Shown in pieces: positions 26,851 to 41,110 of a stretch of DNA of 64,000 nucleotides. A program made the position numbers and the translations under genes. The stretch is taken from NCBI RefSeq assembly GCF_009914755.1, contig NC_060935.1; one strand, given 5' to 3'. Source of the stretch: the human T2T-CHM13v2.0 reference genome, Homo sapiens. Within the stretch, counting starts at the first letter, position 1, and every line of letters starts with the position of its first letter. Below the pieces are notes generated by a model. That model saw only the letters and a list, made by a program, of their open reading frames with translations, was not told the origin of the DNA and searched no databases.

Positions 26851-29809
26851 GAAGCAGTGCTGAATGAAGTCAAGACTCAACTGATTCTGTGTTTGTATTT
26901 TCTGTTATAAACTATCTTGGGAAAGTAATGATATCATTTAAGGGTTCTGTGTCTTCAACTATGAGAAGGAAAGCTTTGGATTGATGATAGTAAGTTACTA
27001 GTAAAGTTAACTAAAGTTCAAGGTACTTTCTAGGTCAGATAGTTCATATTCCTTACCATATACCAACCTCCCCAGGTCTGCTACACATAGTATTGTTTGG
27101 CAAGGCATGAATCTTCTGTGACTCTAAATTTCATTATCTGTAGAATGGATATAGAAATAACTGCCTTCCAGGTGATTATACGTTAAGAGCCTGGCATATA
27201 ATAGTCATTGCTCACAATGTAAATGGTAGCTGCTCACTCAGCCTTTCCCCACAAGCAAGGTTTCATAGGTTTTTTACCATCCTATGCACATTTATTGTAT
27301 ATGCTCCAAGATGACTATGTCGTTCCTCCAATATGAGCCTCAGAATCAAACCCAGTCCTACAAATATGTTCTCATAAGTAGCCTAAATCCTCTGTGTATC
27401 TTCCCTCTTCTATTCCTATGTAGAGGCATTCACTTTCATTTCTGAGACATTTCTCCTGTCTCTCTTTCTACCTGGTTTCCCCAACTCATTGTTGCTTTTA
27501 ACTATAAGATCTGAGGTCATGGTTTAGATTCATTTGAAGACCACTTTGCGTCTTCTGGCATGGCTACAGAAGGTTCCAGTAAACCTGACACAGGCAATCC
27601 TGTGGTTAAATTGCAAGGACACCTTCAGTCTTAGAGGACAAAAAGAGGAAAAGGGATAGCAAAAATTCCAGTGTTCCTCCATCACACTCGACATATTCCA
27701 AATGTAGAGATTCTGAATGCCAAGAACAGCTTGCTTGGTCTGTGTGAGTCGTGGATGTTTTGTCATCTAAGCCCGATGTACTCTCCCACACTTTGCATCA
27801 TTACTGAGGGATAAAAAACAAAAACAAAAATCCCCCCATAGCACTCAGAAAGTGCATCTTTATAGTCCGCATGGAAAAAGAAGGTCAGTGGCACAAAGCA
27901 TTTGATGCCCTACCACCTCCTCTTTTTTCCATTCATCCTGGGTGAAGGAAGAGTGTGTCTTTTCTCCCACTCCTACCTAGCCTGTCTGATTCACTCTGTT
28001 GCATTGTCCTCATTGGAAACTGCTTTCCTGGACTCTTGACACATTCTTACTGTATCAGAGCTGTGCTTAACCAGGAAGTGCCAGATGGTACTGAATCACT
28101 GGCTGCTTAATATTCAAGAACAATATTACATACAGAACAGAATAATGTATGTGTTGATTAAAGGACTTTGCTGATGTCTTGGGAATCAGGAAATGCCCTT
28201 GTCACCTCCACAGCTGTGCCTTGACAATTTATGCAGATTACAAGTTTTGTGGGGGACTCTTTGCTAAGCATGTTTCTACCTTTTTTTTAAACTATATCTT
28301 CAGCACTTGGTTTTTTGCTCTAAGCTGCTTGCCATTCAAAGTCCTAGATATATGCTACTTTCGTTGAAAAGATTGTTTTCTAGTGTCCTCTTCCTTGTCG
28401 CTCTCTTCAGGATTATAAGTCTATAAGGGAGTATAGGACAAAAACTGTAAACATAGATAGCTGTACTTTTTTCGGGGAACTGGCATTATAATTCTGGAAG
28501 ATGTCAACATATTGGCACATTCAGGAATTACCTTCATGATGCTATGGACTGTGAGTAATATGTAGTTATCTGAAACAGTTTCTGAACATGAAAGGATATA
28601 ATAAATTCAAGGCATACTTCTTGGATAAATCCTTCTAAAGGACTTAGTTTTCTAAGGGGAGTTTTGGTTAAAATCCAAAGCAAACCAAGCAGAGAACTAC
28701 CCTTTTATTGTTCTATCTGTCCACAAACAGATTCTGCTTCTGCGGTATCCACCTCAGAATAGCTTAAAATGTTCTTAATTATGTCCCTTAGTTCTGTTAA
28801 AACAATCACAAAGCTTACCAGGCTTTTATTTTTGAAAATAGATTTACATTTACATGAGTTGGATAAAAAAAAATTGTGAAAATGAACTTCATCCGAGCTG
28901 TCACCATCAATCTTTATTATTTTTGAAAACAATTGGCCAGATAGAAATACTGGTAAAAATTACTGAGAATGTCTTGAAGTGGGTTTTTGAAGATTAACCA
29001 ATAAGATCAGCTGCATATCTCATTACCTAACAAGTCCTCCTATGTCCATTAATCTACTTATGTATGGATAGATAAGCGTTTATCCACTTATTCATGCAGA
29101 AAGAACTTATCACTGTCCACTATGCAAGGACTGGTTTTCAGTAATAGTAATATAGGATAGTATTAGTAATAAGTCATATCTCAAGACGTGTCTTGAACAA
29201 TTTGCTGAATTTCTAGAAGATAATCGGCAATGTAGTACAGAAATGATTGTAATTGTATCTACCGTTTACTTCTATGAATGTTGGCCTTGTGTGGAAATAG
29301 ACAAAAATAGATACCTGTCTCTGACAATGAAGTTACAAAATTGACCACAAAAGTAGATGCAAATGGGTAGGACATTGTCAGTGTTGGTGAGTGCAAACTT
29401 GTATCTCCTTCAGTGCTAAATATCACACTGTTAGGTATTTTCAGTTTTATTTTTGAGGACTTTTCAGAAAGAAGTGAGAAAGGCTTCTACTACTTCTTAA
29501 AATCTCATTCTCATAGTCACTACCCTATAGATTCTGAACAATGCATATTAGAATCACATGGATAACTTCTAGAAAACTACCTCCATAAGAAATTCTGATT
29601 TCATTTGTCTGAAGTGAGGCCTGATAATCCACATCTTAACATGCATCCCAATAATCACTTTCATTTCCCCACATGAATTCTTTTTCTTCACCACCATGAA
29701 AATACACAATTGTTCTTAAAACTGATATAATACATTTTTGAGCATTTGTCTATATTTGGTGAGAGAGAATAGATACTAATGAAACAAGATTCCTGCTCTC
29801 AAAAAGCTC

Positions 29810-30000
29810 CCAGACTTGGAGTTTTCTGAAATGTATGACGTAAATCCAGGCTCTGTAGCTATTTATGCTGTGTGACCCTGGACAGGTTGCTCAATCTCTC
29901 TGATCCTTGGCAATTAAACTGCAAAGGGAGAAAGCAAATATTTTTCTTCATAAGGTTACTAGAAGCATTAAATGAGATAAAGTGCTCAGTAGAAAGTAAT
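29810..30000 (+). mobile_element. MIR
   Basis: gctgtgtgaccctggacaggttgctcaatctctctg...attaaatgagataaagtgctcag. Confidence 0.75.
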
Positions 30001-30388
30001 GTTGTTCCTATTATTCAGTATTTATTATCAATTTAATGTGCATAACATACAATTATATGCGATATATGCAGTGCATGTACATATACATAGTTATGTATAC
30101 ATAATTGTTGTGTGTATGTGTGTATACATACACACATACACATTAAATATTGTTACTTTCACACAGAGAAACATATGTGCTGGAGTGACAAGTAGATTTA
30201 TTACGAAAAAAAAAGAAAAAAGAAAAAGAAAAAAGATCAGCTAAATAGTTTTTAGCCCAGTAAAATACATTGGAGTCACTGGTGAGAAGCGTTGGGGGAA
30301 AAACACGTTTGCTTCTTTAGTTCTGATAGAATTTAAACAATGCAGCACTGCATTTTTATTCGGGGACAAACCCACGCATTTAATGTGC

Positions 30389-30408
30389 TGCTGCCACCTA
30401 GTGCTTAG
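30389..30408 (-). promoter_or_regulatory. Candidate CTCF site
   Basis: Minus strand reads TAAGCACTAGGTGGCAGCA, close to the CTCF core CCACYAGRTGGCAG with one 5' mismatch; in apparently unique sequence. Confidence 0.5.
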
Positions 30409-30976
30409 ATTCAATAACTACTATTTTGCTAGGAGTTTCTTTCAATGTCAGGTATTCAGGGTTGGAAAACAGCTTGGTATCTTGTTAGTTCTTTTGAAAG
30501 AGATCTTAAATATGGTTGAGATATGTTTGTGTTAGTTTATTGGTTCGCATTTCTTTTTAAAGTATGTAATTTTGAATAGCTGCTGGCTTAAGTGGAATGG
30601 TTTATTGGCTTCTTGCTTGTCATGTAGCTCATCTTTTTGAAAGGTGTCGGAGTGCCTCTGCAACATGAAATGGTGTGCGTTTCCTTAAGTTTGTATTTAA
30701 GCAAGATATGCTGCTCTGCAAGTAAAAGGAATGTAGCACTACGTCTGCTCTATTTGCACTGTTATTATGTTATAGTAAAATGTTATATTGTGAGTCTTGC
30801 ATGTTAATTAAGCTCATGGTAGTAAAAGTGACACCAAAAGGAGAGGCCAAGAGACATGAGAAACAAGAAATTATCACTGAGATTTAGAATATGAAGAAAA
30901 TATGTTTTTCTTCCTTTGACAGGAAAAGTTTCAGTATGATTTGACTTCTTCATATGAACAATCATATGATATAGAA

Positions 30977-31188
30977 TAGGATTTTTCAAACTCAGGCTCT
31001 TGATATTTTGAATGAGATGATTCCTTGTTTGGGGCCTGGGGCTATCCTGTGTATTGTAGGAGATTTCACTGGGTTGCTGGCCTTTACCCATTAGATGCCA
31101 GTGTAAGCACTTGTATCCCTGCCCCTACTTGTGAGAACCAAAAAGGTCTGCAGAAATTGTCAAATGTCTCATGGGTTGAGAACCACTG
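30977..31188. mobile_element. MER20 hAT-Charlie fossil
   Basis: ggggctatcctgtgtattgtagga...ctggcctttacccattagatgccagt...gttgagaaccactg. Confidence 0.85.
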
Positions 31189-31359
31189 ATAGAAAAAGCA
31201 CACTATGGTAATTACAGATCAAAAGTGATTTTTATATTTTTAATTAATCTAGGGTTTGTACTAATTGGGGACAGAGCTTATGTGATGCTTCATGAATTGC
31301 CAGCAAATTCAAGCTATTTAATTACTTATTCCCTCATTTATATATTTGAGAGAGACAAC

Positions 31360-31600
31360 ATCGTATAATAGTCAGTAGTATAAGTTTGAATCTCAATTCT
31401 GCCACTTACTAAATTTTGTGATTAAATAATTTACTATCTCTATTAATACTAAAATCTAAAATTCCATTTTCTTCAACCATAAACTGGAGATAATTATTGT
31501 ATTTCCTTCACAAAATAAGTATAAAAATTAAATGAGATATTGCATTTAAAGTCCATATCACAGTGTCTACCAATTAGGTAATTACTCAGTAATTATTAAT
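31360..31600 (+). mobile_element. MIR
   Basis: gtttgaatctcaattctgccacttact...aaaattaaatgagatattgcatttaaag...cacagtgtct. Confidence 0.7.
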
Positions 31601-31869
31601 TATCATTTAATAGATATTTTAAATCCCTCTATGTGCCAGGAATTGTGGCAATCACTAGGGAAATACTGATGATTTACCCATAATTTCCCAAAGTAGATCA
31701 GTGTAGTGGGAAAAGAATTCAAATATAATTATATATATAATTATCTTGATCATTACTGTAATAGAGAAGAAGTACAAGATCCTATGCCATGTCATTGTTA
31801 TCAGGATTGACACTAATTTGATGGAGATACTTTTGGGAATCAATTGCTAGTCAGTAGTTAATTGGCTGA

Positions 31870-32432
<563 letters not shown>

Positions 32433-32977
32433 ATGATATGTATTTTTAATGTAGTCTTTGAAACTAGCAGAAAAGAAATATATATCTCTCTATATAGAGA
32501 GATATACGGATATATATTTTACTTCAGAATGCTGACCGAGTTATAAAACAAGTAAATGGTTCCTTATAACACATTAGCTATGAGAAAGTATGTTTATTTT
32601 TCTAACATGTTATGATACATAAACATGGCTCTCCGGGTCTGTTCTGGAAGTCATTAGAAAGAGACAACATATTTGGTATGCACATTTTCCTTCTGTCTCC
32701 CTTTTCTCCTCTGTTAAATGGGTTATGTGTACCCCTACCTACTCTACCTACCTAACACATGTTACAGCCAATGGCATGATCTCCATCTGTGAATCAGCAG
32801 TGCATCCCGGAAAAAAGAGAGCAAAAATCTGGTGGGAAATTGGATGAGAGTGAGGTAATTGGAACACTGAGAGAAGGATTCTAACATCCACACCACCCCT
32901 GGTGCAGTCAACCCTCTTTAGCCTGGACCACTGCAATAGCGTTCAGACGGGCCTCTCCTATCCCTCTCGCATTTGTG

Positions 32978-33036
32978 TATAACAAACCTGCACGTTGTGC
33001 ACATGTACCCTAAAACTTAAAGTATAATAAAAAAAA
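32978..33036 (+). mobile_element. Terminal ~60 bp of a young L1PA inside an L2 remnant
   Basis: aacaaacctgcacgttgtgcacatgtaccctaaaacttaaagtataataaaaaaaa. Confidence 0.9.
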
Positions 33037-33229
33037 TAGTGAACTACTCAGTGCTGTGTACAGAGCCATGCTGCTTTACATTTCTGTCCCTCTGCACCTG
33101 ATTTCCCTCAGATGGAAAGCATTTTTATACTTTTTCATCCAACAATGTCCTACTTTTCTTTGATGCTCATATCATTTCCTCCAATGAGGACACTTTCACA
33201 AAACCTATTGCCCTCAAAGACTCGGCTGA

Positions 33230-33457
<228 letters not shown>

Positions 33458-35659
33458 TAGAATAAGCTTAACAAAGATATATTATTAAATATAGATAGAT
33501 AATATAGATTATTAAAATTGCATTGTAATAAGAAATTTGAAATGTAGCATATGCAGAGAAGACCTGTTTTTTGCTTCAGAGTGTCAAAGATAATTGGGAA
33601 ATAAAACAGCTATATAAATGGACATCAGAGGAGAAATAAAAATAACACTGAGAGCGTAGATAACAAAACCACAAAGGTGAAGAAATTCTAGCAAAAATAG
33701 CTGCTATCAGAGATCAAATACTCAAAATGAAAAAGAATAGATTAGGCAAGATTAAATCCCCTTCCTGAAGACCTGTTTGGGTAATGGATAGACAGAGAAG
33801 AAAAAAATGGTAAATTTGAGATTTGAGAATGAATTTATGGTGAAGATACTGAGTGACTGGATAATGGAATTTCTTGTGAAACTGAGTTAAAGATCTAGAA
33901 AAGGTGTAGAGGGGATGGGGGTGTCTCTAAATGGAGAAATAGACAAAAATAAAATATAAAGGGAGAGGCAAGCCTTTTAGGTGCTGACATCAGACATCAG
34001 AGATTACCACCAGGTCCATGGTGTAGATGGATAGCACATCTCAGTTTGCAGGTCTCAGTGCTGAGGTCTTCAAGATCTGACAGACATGCTTTTCGCAACT
34101 ACTTTTAGAAGTTAATGGGCCAAAGATGGAATATCCATTTCCATTAAAGTGTATGTGTTAATCATAATATACAGGAAAAGAAAGAGGAAAGATCTTAAAA
34201 TCTGGAGGCCACTAATGTGACTTTAACATTAATTAATTTTCTTTTTCTGATCTCACTATAATAAACTGGCTAGATACTAGGGAGAATGAATCACAAAGTG
34301 GCAGAAAAGAGATATGGGTGAACTTAAAAGATATTGGAACCAAGAAAAGAGGGCTTTTAAGACAAATGAAGGAATGAACAGAATCAGAATGAGTTACACT
34401 ATTGCCAGCTTTGCCTCCCTACACATATACTATAGATAAGGCGATGACTTCATGAAACCAAAGTGTTGGCAACTTAGGAATGGTTCTGTATACGAGGCCC
34501 TTCTACAAACAAGCACATCACTGGAGGCTGAGCTGAATAGAAAACAATTAGGAAATATAAGTTAGACTTATCAATGAGGAGTGGATATTGGTGTTCCTTT
34601 AACATCATTTTTTAGCTTAAAATACAAAAGGCACAGGAAGGTGTTTATCAGAAAACTCATAGTTTCTCACTGACATGAAGTGATATGGATATGCAGGTAA
34701 GATTCTGAAATACTAAAGATATTTGTGCAAGCAGGAACATATCATTGCACACAGTGGGTTACTGGAGAAAGAAAAGGAAGTGGCTGAGGGATCCACATAG
34801 CTGAAGATTTGTGCCATAGTTTGTCATAAGAAAACACATATCATTTGAGAGAGGTGGACTAAACAAATAGAAAGTAGTTCTAGTATGCCAGCTGGGCCCT
34901 AATTAGATAAACAACATCCCTCTAACAACAGTTGAAGGAAAAAAGACATGGGAATGGGATGGATATATATTTTTTATATCAGATGGGAATAATTTATACA
35001 CATTTTTCTCTACTACCTGTGTGCATCTAACAGACCTGTGCACACACATATGAAAGACTTTAGGAAATCATGAGAAAAATTATAGAAATGAGAGAATAGA
35101 AATATAAAATTGTGGAAATATAAAAATAGAAGTTGAACTGGTGACAATTTTTAGTGTAAACTTTGAAAGGAATAAAGTTACTAGAATTTCTAGAGGCAAA
35201 AGTAAATTTAAGAGCAAAGAGTCAACATGGGAGCTTTGGGAGTTTATGTCTAAAAACTGGCTGAATTTCAGCAGGCAGTTTGTAGTGATAAGTTCCTAGG
35301 GCATTCGTTATGTATGGCTTTTATAAACAGCGTTTGTGTCATCCTCCCTACAGAGACCTCTGGGTGGCCCCATGGAACAATAGGCTCATTTATGAGTCAG
35401 CATGTGACCAGCTCTGAAGCAAGGGTGGATAGACATAGTCAGTGATGAATTGTTTAATTCTTCTGGACTTCATCTTTAAGAAGACTGAAAAATTTGGAAG
35501 TGAGCTCCAAGCTTCACCTACTCATATTGGAAAATGAGTGATGGGATCAGAATATTCAGTAAAGGAAGACTTTGGAATTCAGAATAGGTCAAACAATTTA
35601 AAAGACATAACAAAGATGATATGTATGGAAGACAAAAACAGGGATTACAAAGAGGCCAT

Positions 35660-35965
<306 letters not shown>

Positions 35966-37639
35966 TAAAAAAATTTTAAAAAGAACATAATTACAAAAGT
36001 GAGTTTTACGTATAGATAATGAAATTGGTTTATAATTTTCTTCTATGTTCATTAACTGTTCAGATAGTAGGAAAACTTTATGAACATTAAAGCTTTGAAA
36101 GAAGTCAACTAGTATAGTCTGGGCAAAAAATGATTGAGAAACACAGAGTTAGAGAAAGAAGAAGACTTTGTGCCCCAGAGAAAATGTTTGGAGCCTATTA
36201 GATTTATAGAGAACACAATGATGAAGCTATGGAAAGTGTGAAGAGAAATAGGAAGAACAGGGAATGATGATCTTGGGGAGAAAGTTTCTGAGAGAGAAAT
36301 ATGAAGGCTTATAATTATTCAGAAGTATGTTATAGAAAGGGGAAGATAAAACAAAGGAAAAGCAATATAAATAGCAAAGCTTTGAGTCCTAATTCAGTCA
36401 TGGCCTTGTCTGAGGATATTATGATGGTTGTGTTTTGTGATCAGAGGAGTTCAAATAATGTGTAATATGAAAATAGTTTAAAAAGTAACATTAAAGGATA
36501 AAGTGAAATGGTACAAGAGAGGATTTTGTAACCATAAAGTACAATTAAAATGTTAGGAAATGGATTTGAAATTCAGTGGCTAGATTGTGCCTAAGGTCAG
36601 AAGACTGTTCCATTATCTGCTACTCCTGAAGTATGGTGGGGGAGGGGAATAAGATCATTATTCATCCTTACTTTTGTAACGATTTCAGATAAAATTACAT
36701 CTTTATATAGTGAATTGTATGACAGCATGCCAGCTAGTCTACAAAACAAGAATAAGATCTTCACAGTAATAAAACAATTTTTTTTTTTTTTAGTGAAGAA
36801 AACATTTTCTTATGTAGATATTTTGGAAATATTTCTGTCTTCTTGCTTTTTTTTAAGCAGCTGAGCTGGGCATTTTAAACCTAATTTTATTTTTATGAAG
36901 AAATACATATACATTGTTAATAAAATGGTGCTGTAAGACTTATGCCCTCAAAACAGCAAACCTGCTCCTCCTTTCTTACCCCTTTCCACTCTTATTTTCC
37001 CTCCCTAGTTCTCCCCAGAGGCAGCTGTTATCACTGTTTCTTCTTGTATTTATCTCCAAGCTTCTAAATTATTTAATTATGCTGCTTTATCTTAGTTTTA
37101 AATTTTAGATATTTTCTGTGGCATATTCATGAATTCAGTGTAGCAGGAGTAGGAAGATGACGATCTAGCCATCTTTTCTCTCCCCTTCCCCCACTCACCA
37201 CACATATTACACTTCCTTTCTTTCTATTTGCTCAACATCATTAGCCATGCCATAACACTGGTCAAATCATTATTCAGCATTTATTTTATAATGATCATGT
37301 AAATATTATAGTGCACCATGATTACTTTTCCTTTTTGCAATAATTTCAATTTTTCTGGAAGTCAGTAATGCTTCATTGTGTTGTCCTAAGTATGATGAAA
37401 AGGCCCTTACCAGGTCCCCTTAGAGAAGGGTAAAACCCTCACAATAATGTCACAGGCAAACATGCCAGTGAATTTATCCGTTTGATTTCTGGCCCCCTAC
37501 ATTTCCCTAGCCAGGTCTGTCTCACAGTGTCACCCTGAAACTTCTCTACCTTGTTCTGTTGGATCCACTATTTACTGGATCAGAGTCTTGTGTAGATTAC
37601 TCCCTCAATTTCCAGAGCTCATCCTGAGAAAATCAGTAA

Positions 37640-38620
37640 TTCATTCATCCAACATATATTTATTCAACATCTATTATGAAACAAAAAGGGTTCTAGGAAA
37701 TAAGGATGTATCAGGGAACAAAACAGGAGATCCATGACTCTCTAAAGGACTTCATATTTATGTGTGTAGTGTGTAGCCTAGCCATATACAATACAGAGTG
37801 CTCTATTCCATTTGAACTTCAGACAATGAATACTTTTCAGTAGGAATATTTTCTAAATATTGTAAAGGATATACTTATACTAAGAAAATGTTCATTGTTT
37901 ATCTGGATTCCAATTTGACTGTGTGTCCTGGTATTTTTATATGCTAAATATGACAACCCTAGCTGGGAGGGATTAGACTGTACCAGAAAACCTAGGTAAA
38001 TAAATAGCATGGTAGAGAGTGGTAAATGCCATGCTGCGATGGGGAAAGAGAAGCAGAACAGGGTAAGGCAGATTGGGAGTACCAGGAGGAGGGATAGCAA
38101 TTTTTACAGGGTGATTAGTATAAGCCTCATTGAGAAGATGAGATATTAGCAAGGGCATGAAGGAGGTGAGGTGTTTACTCTGAGGTTATCTGGGAGGAAA
38201 GATTCTAGACAGAAAGAACACCAAGTGAAGAATATCTAGAGTGGATCTGAGTGTTTGGGAAATAGGGACACCAGTGTGGCTGTCACAGAGCATTTGAAGG
38301 ATGCAGTGGTAGGAGATGAAGTTAGAGAAGTAACAGGAGTCCAGATCCTCTAGGAAACTTAGGCTATTGGGATAGCTCTGTAGTTTACACCCAGGGAAAT
38401 GGGGAGCCATGCAGGGTTTTGAAGAGTTATGGCATGAGGTGACTTCTATTTTAACAAGATCTCTCTAGTTGCTCCATTGAGAAAACACTGGGTGGCAAAA
38501 GTGAAAGCTCAAAGACCAATTTGAAAACTGTTAAAATAATCTGGGTGAGATCAAAAAATTTTGGACTAAGGAGCTAGTAGTGAAGATGGTGAGAACAGAT
38601 TGCATTTTAGATGTATTTTT
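37640..38620 (-). mobile_element. L2 (L2a-like) interrupted by MER53
   Basis: L2 tail tcattcatccaacatatatttattcaacatctatt; ggaaatggggagccatgcagggttttgaag; tggactaagg...tgaagatggtgaga. Confidence 0.8.
37772..37961. mobile_element. MER53 (hAT-Blackjack) palindromic MITE
   Basis: atacttatactaagaaaatgttcattgtttatctgg...tttttatatgctaaatatgacaaccct. Confidence 0.8.
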
Positions 38621-40689
38621 CCTCCAATATTTTACTGTGAAAATTTTCATACACATAGAGATGGTAATACCCATGTAACTCCCAAATAGATTCTGCAATG
38701 AAATTTTTGCTGTATTTGCTTTATCATATATTTTTCCTTCTCTCCATCCTCTGGCTGAGTCATCTGCCAGTCAGACATTTCTGTTTCTGCAGAGATAAAC
38801 CTTCAGTCTCCTGCTGTGATGACACAGTCACTGGCATTGGAAATCTGGGGTGGGGACATAGTAATTCTGGGTGCTAACCAATCCTTATACCAATTTTCAA
38901 CCCATTCTCCTTTATTAAACTGCATTTTTCTCCTCACCTGATGGAGGTACCTGGTGATTCTAAAGCCCACATTTTCTATAGTTTCCAGGCATTGTTTGGC
39001 TTGCTTCTTTTTGACAGCTGCCATTTCAAGCTTTAGTTCCACCTCTGTCACTCTTAGTTACAACTCATTTGTTTTCCAACTTCTAAAAATGTATTGCTCT
39101 TTCTTCTCTATCATTTTATCCTCTCAACTTCCCTTATCCTTTGACTTTGTAACATTTTTCTTTCCCTTTCATTTGAGTAGGGTTTTAAAAGGAAGGAGGC
39201 CCATATTTTCAAATATTTTACCAATAGAAAGAACTGAATGTATTTAGTAATACTTATTTTTCCATTTTAATGTCAATATACTAAAGATACATTAAAACCA
39301 GTAGCAAAGTAATAGTTTTTCAGAGTATCTAGGTTACTATTTTGTTGCCTTTTAAGACTCAAGGGGACATCAGTTTGGAAACCATTGTTGTGTATCATCA
39401 TCATGGAGTGTTAAACTTTGGCTCTCCCAGTGCTTACTTATTCTAGCCTGTTTGTTGGATTTTGGTATTAGTGTTTAGAAGAGATAATGGAATTCAGATT
39501 GAATCAGGCAAATGTGGCCCTGTCTGCTTAGTAGAGGGAATGGTTTTTCTTTGCTCCATGGAGCCCAGCTTCCCTTCCTAAATAGGTTATTATATCTGTG
39601 GAGTGGATAAATTCTAATTTCACTCTGGTATAGACCAGCTACAAATCCTTCCTCTGACACCAACATTTTCTATCTCATTGCTTTCACTATGCTGACTGTT
39701 CTGTAAAATATTTATTATGACTTTGTCTTCTCTGTCTGAAATGGTGCCATACACTGGTAATTAGATGGAGACTAAGCCTTCTTAATTTCATTTGGTGCAG
39801 GGCTGGGAAAATGGAGCCCTTACATAACAACGAGATGAGGACTGACCGGCAGCTGGCGTTAAGTGCTCCTACACATATTTCCAAGCAGATGCAAATGGAA
39901 CTTTTCACCAGTCCATCATCATATGTCACTTGCTTGCTGCTTTTCCCATGTTTGCTTCCAGAAAGAGGCTACTTGACAGTCATTTGTCTCTACAATGAGC
40001 CTACTTTATGAAGCTGAATTCCCTCCCCCACCAGAGGGAAACAATTACAGCAGGCCAGGAACTTTTTTCTGTTCAGTTCCAATAGTCAGAATATTTCTGA
40101 CCCAAGGCCCTGTCCATGTTGGGAGATTGGTTCTCAACATCTAGGGCACTATAGTAGTTCACCCTTCAAATAAAGATTTGAGGATTACATTCACCCTAAT
40201 GTATGATTTATCACTGGAGACAATGTCTCACAACTGGGCATCAGAAGACTAGTGCACTGTGTGTCCTTGAGCTACCCACTTAACCACTATTTCTCTATCC
40301 AGATAATGGTAACATTAATACTTGCCTACTGAGCCACTGGGTAGTTATGATAACAAAATTAAATAGGAGGAAGTACTATCAGGATTTTAATAAGATTTCA
40401 TTTTTGAATGTGAGCTCAAGGGCTAAGCACGCTGGCTGCTGCTAACTTTCAGCATTTTTGTATGGCTAAAACAATGAGGCTCAGATTCATAAATTATTCC
40501 AAGCATGTAAAGCACCTTCTTTATTGTGGTTTTGGGGTTCATTCCCAGTTGGGCAATATGATCATCAGCAAGGACTTCATAAAATGGCAATATGTATCCC
40601 TAAAGAAAAGAGGTGTTGCCTGTGGAAAGACCTTTAAAAACTCAGGTGACTGTACCCTTGGCAAAGTCACTTTAGGATGTATAGTTGAG

Positions 40690-41110
40690 TGGTAATGAGT
40701 ATTATCTGAATCCTAAGAGATTTTCAAATCTGAACTTCGTTGCTTCTTAGCTAGGTGACCTTGGGCAATTCACTTAACCTTGTCGAGCCACTGTTTTCTC
40801 ATTTTTAAATATGAACATAATGCAAACCACTTAGAGTTGCTCCAAGGATTAAATGAAATAAAACCTGTAAGAACCTTATCATTATCAGTGGCAGCAGCAG
40901 CAGCACAACATTATTATTTAAAAATAACAATAGCAGGCTATTTATTATTGAGTCTACACCATGTTCCAGGCACTGTTTCTACATGCTTACACATATTAAT
41001 ATCTGTGTTTGAACAACTATGGGAGGAAGGAATTACTATAGTCATTATTTTGCAGATGAGAAACTGAGACACAGATTAAAGAAATTTATTCTGGTCATAC
41101 AGCAAGTTGG
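40690..41110. mobile_element. Two MIRs, tail-to-tail (+ ~40690-40880, - ~40930-41110)
   Basis: gtgaccttgggcaattcacttaacct...gattaaatga; tttgcagatgagaaactgagacacaga. Confidence 0.75.

Noticed and set aside
28705-28932. Minus-strand ORF with protein-like composition (also 5841-6083)
   Set aside because: No recognisable domain, no ATG start and no convincing splice sites; a tBLASTn/Dfam search would be needed to revive it
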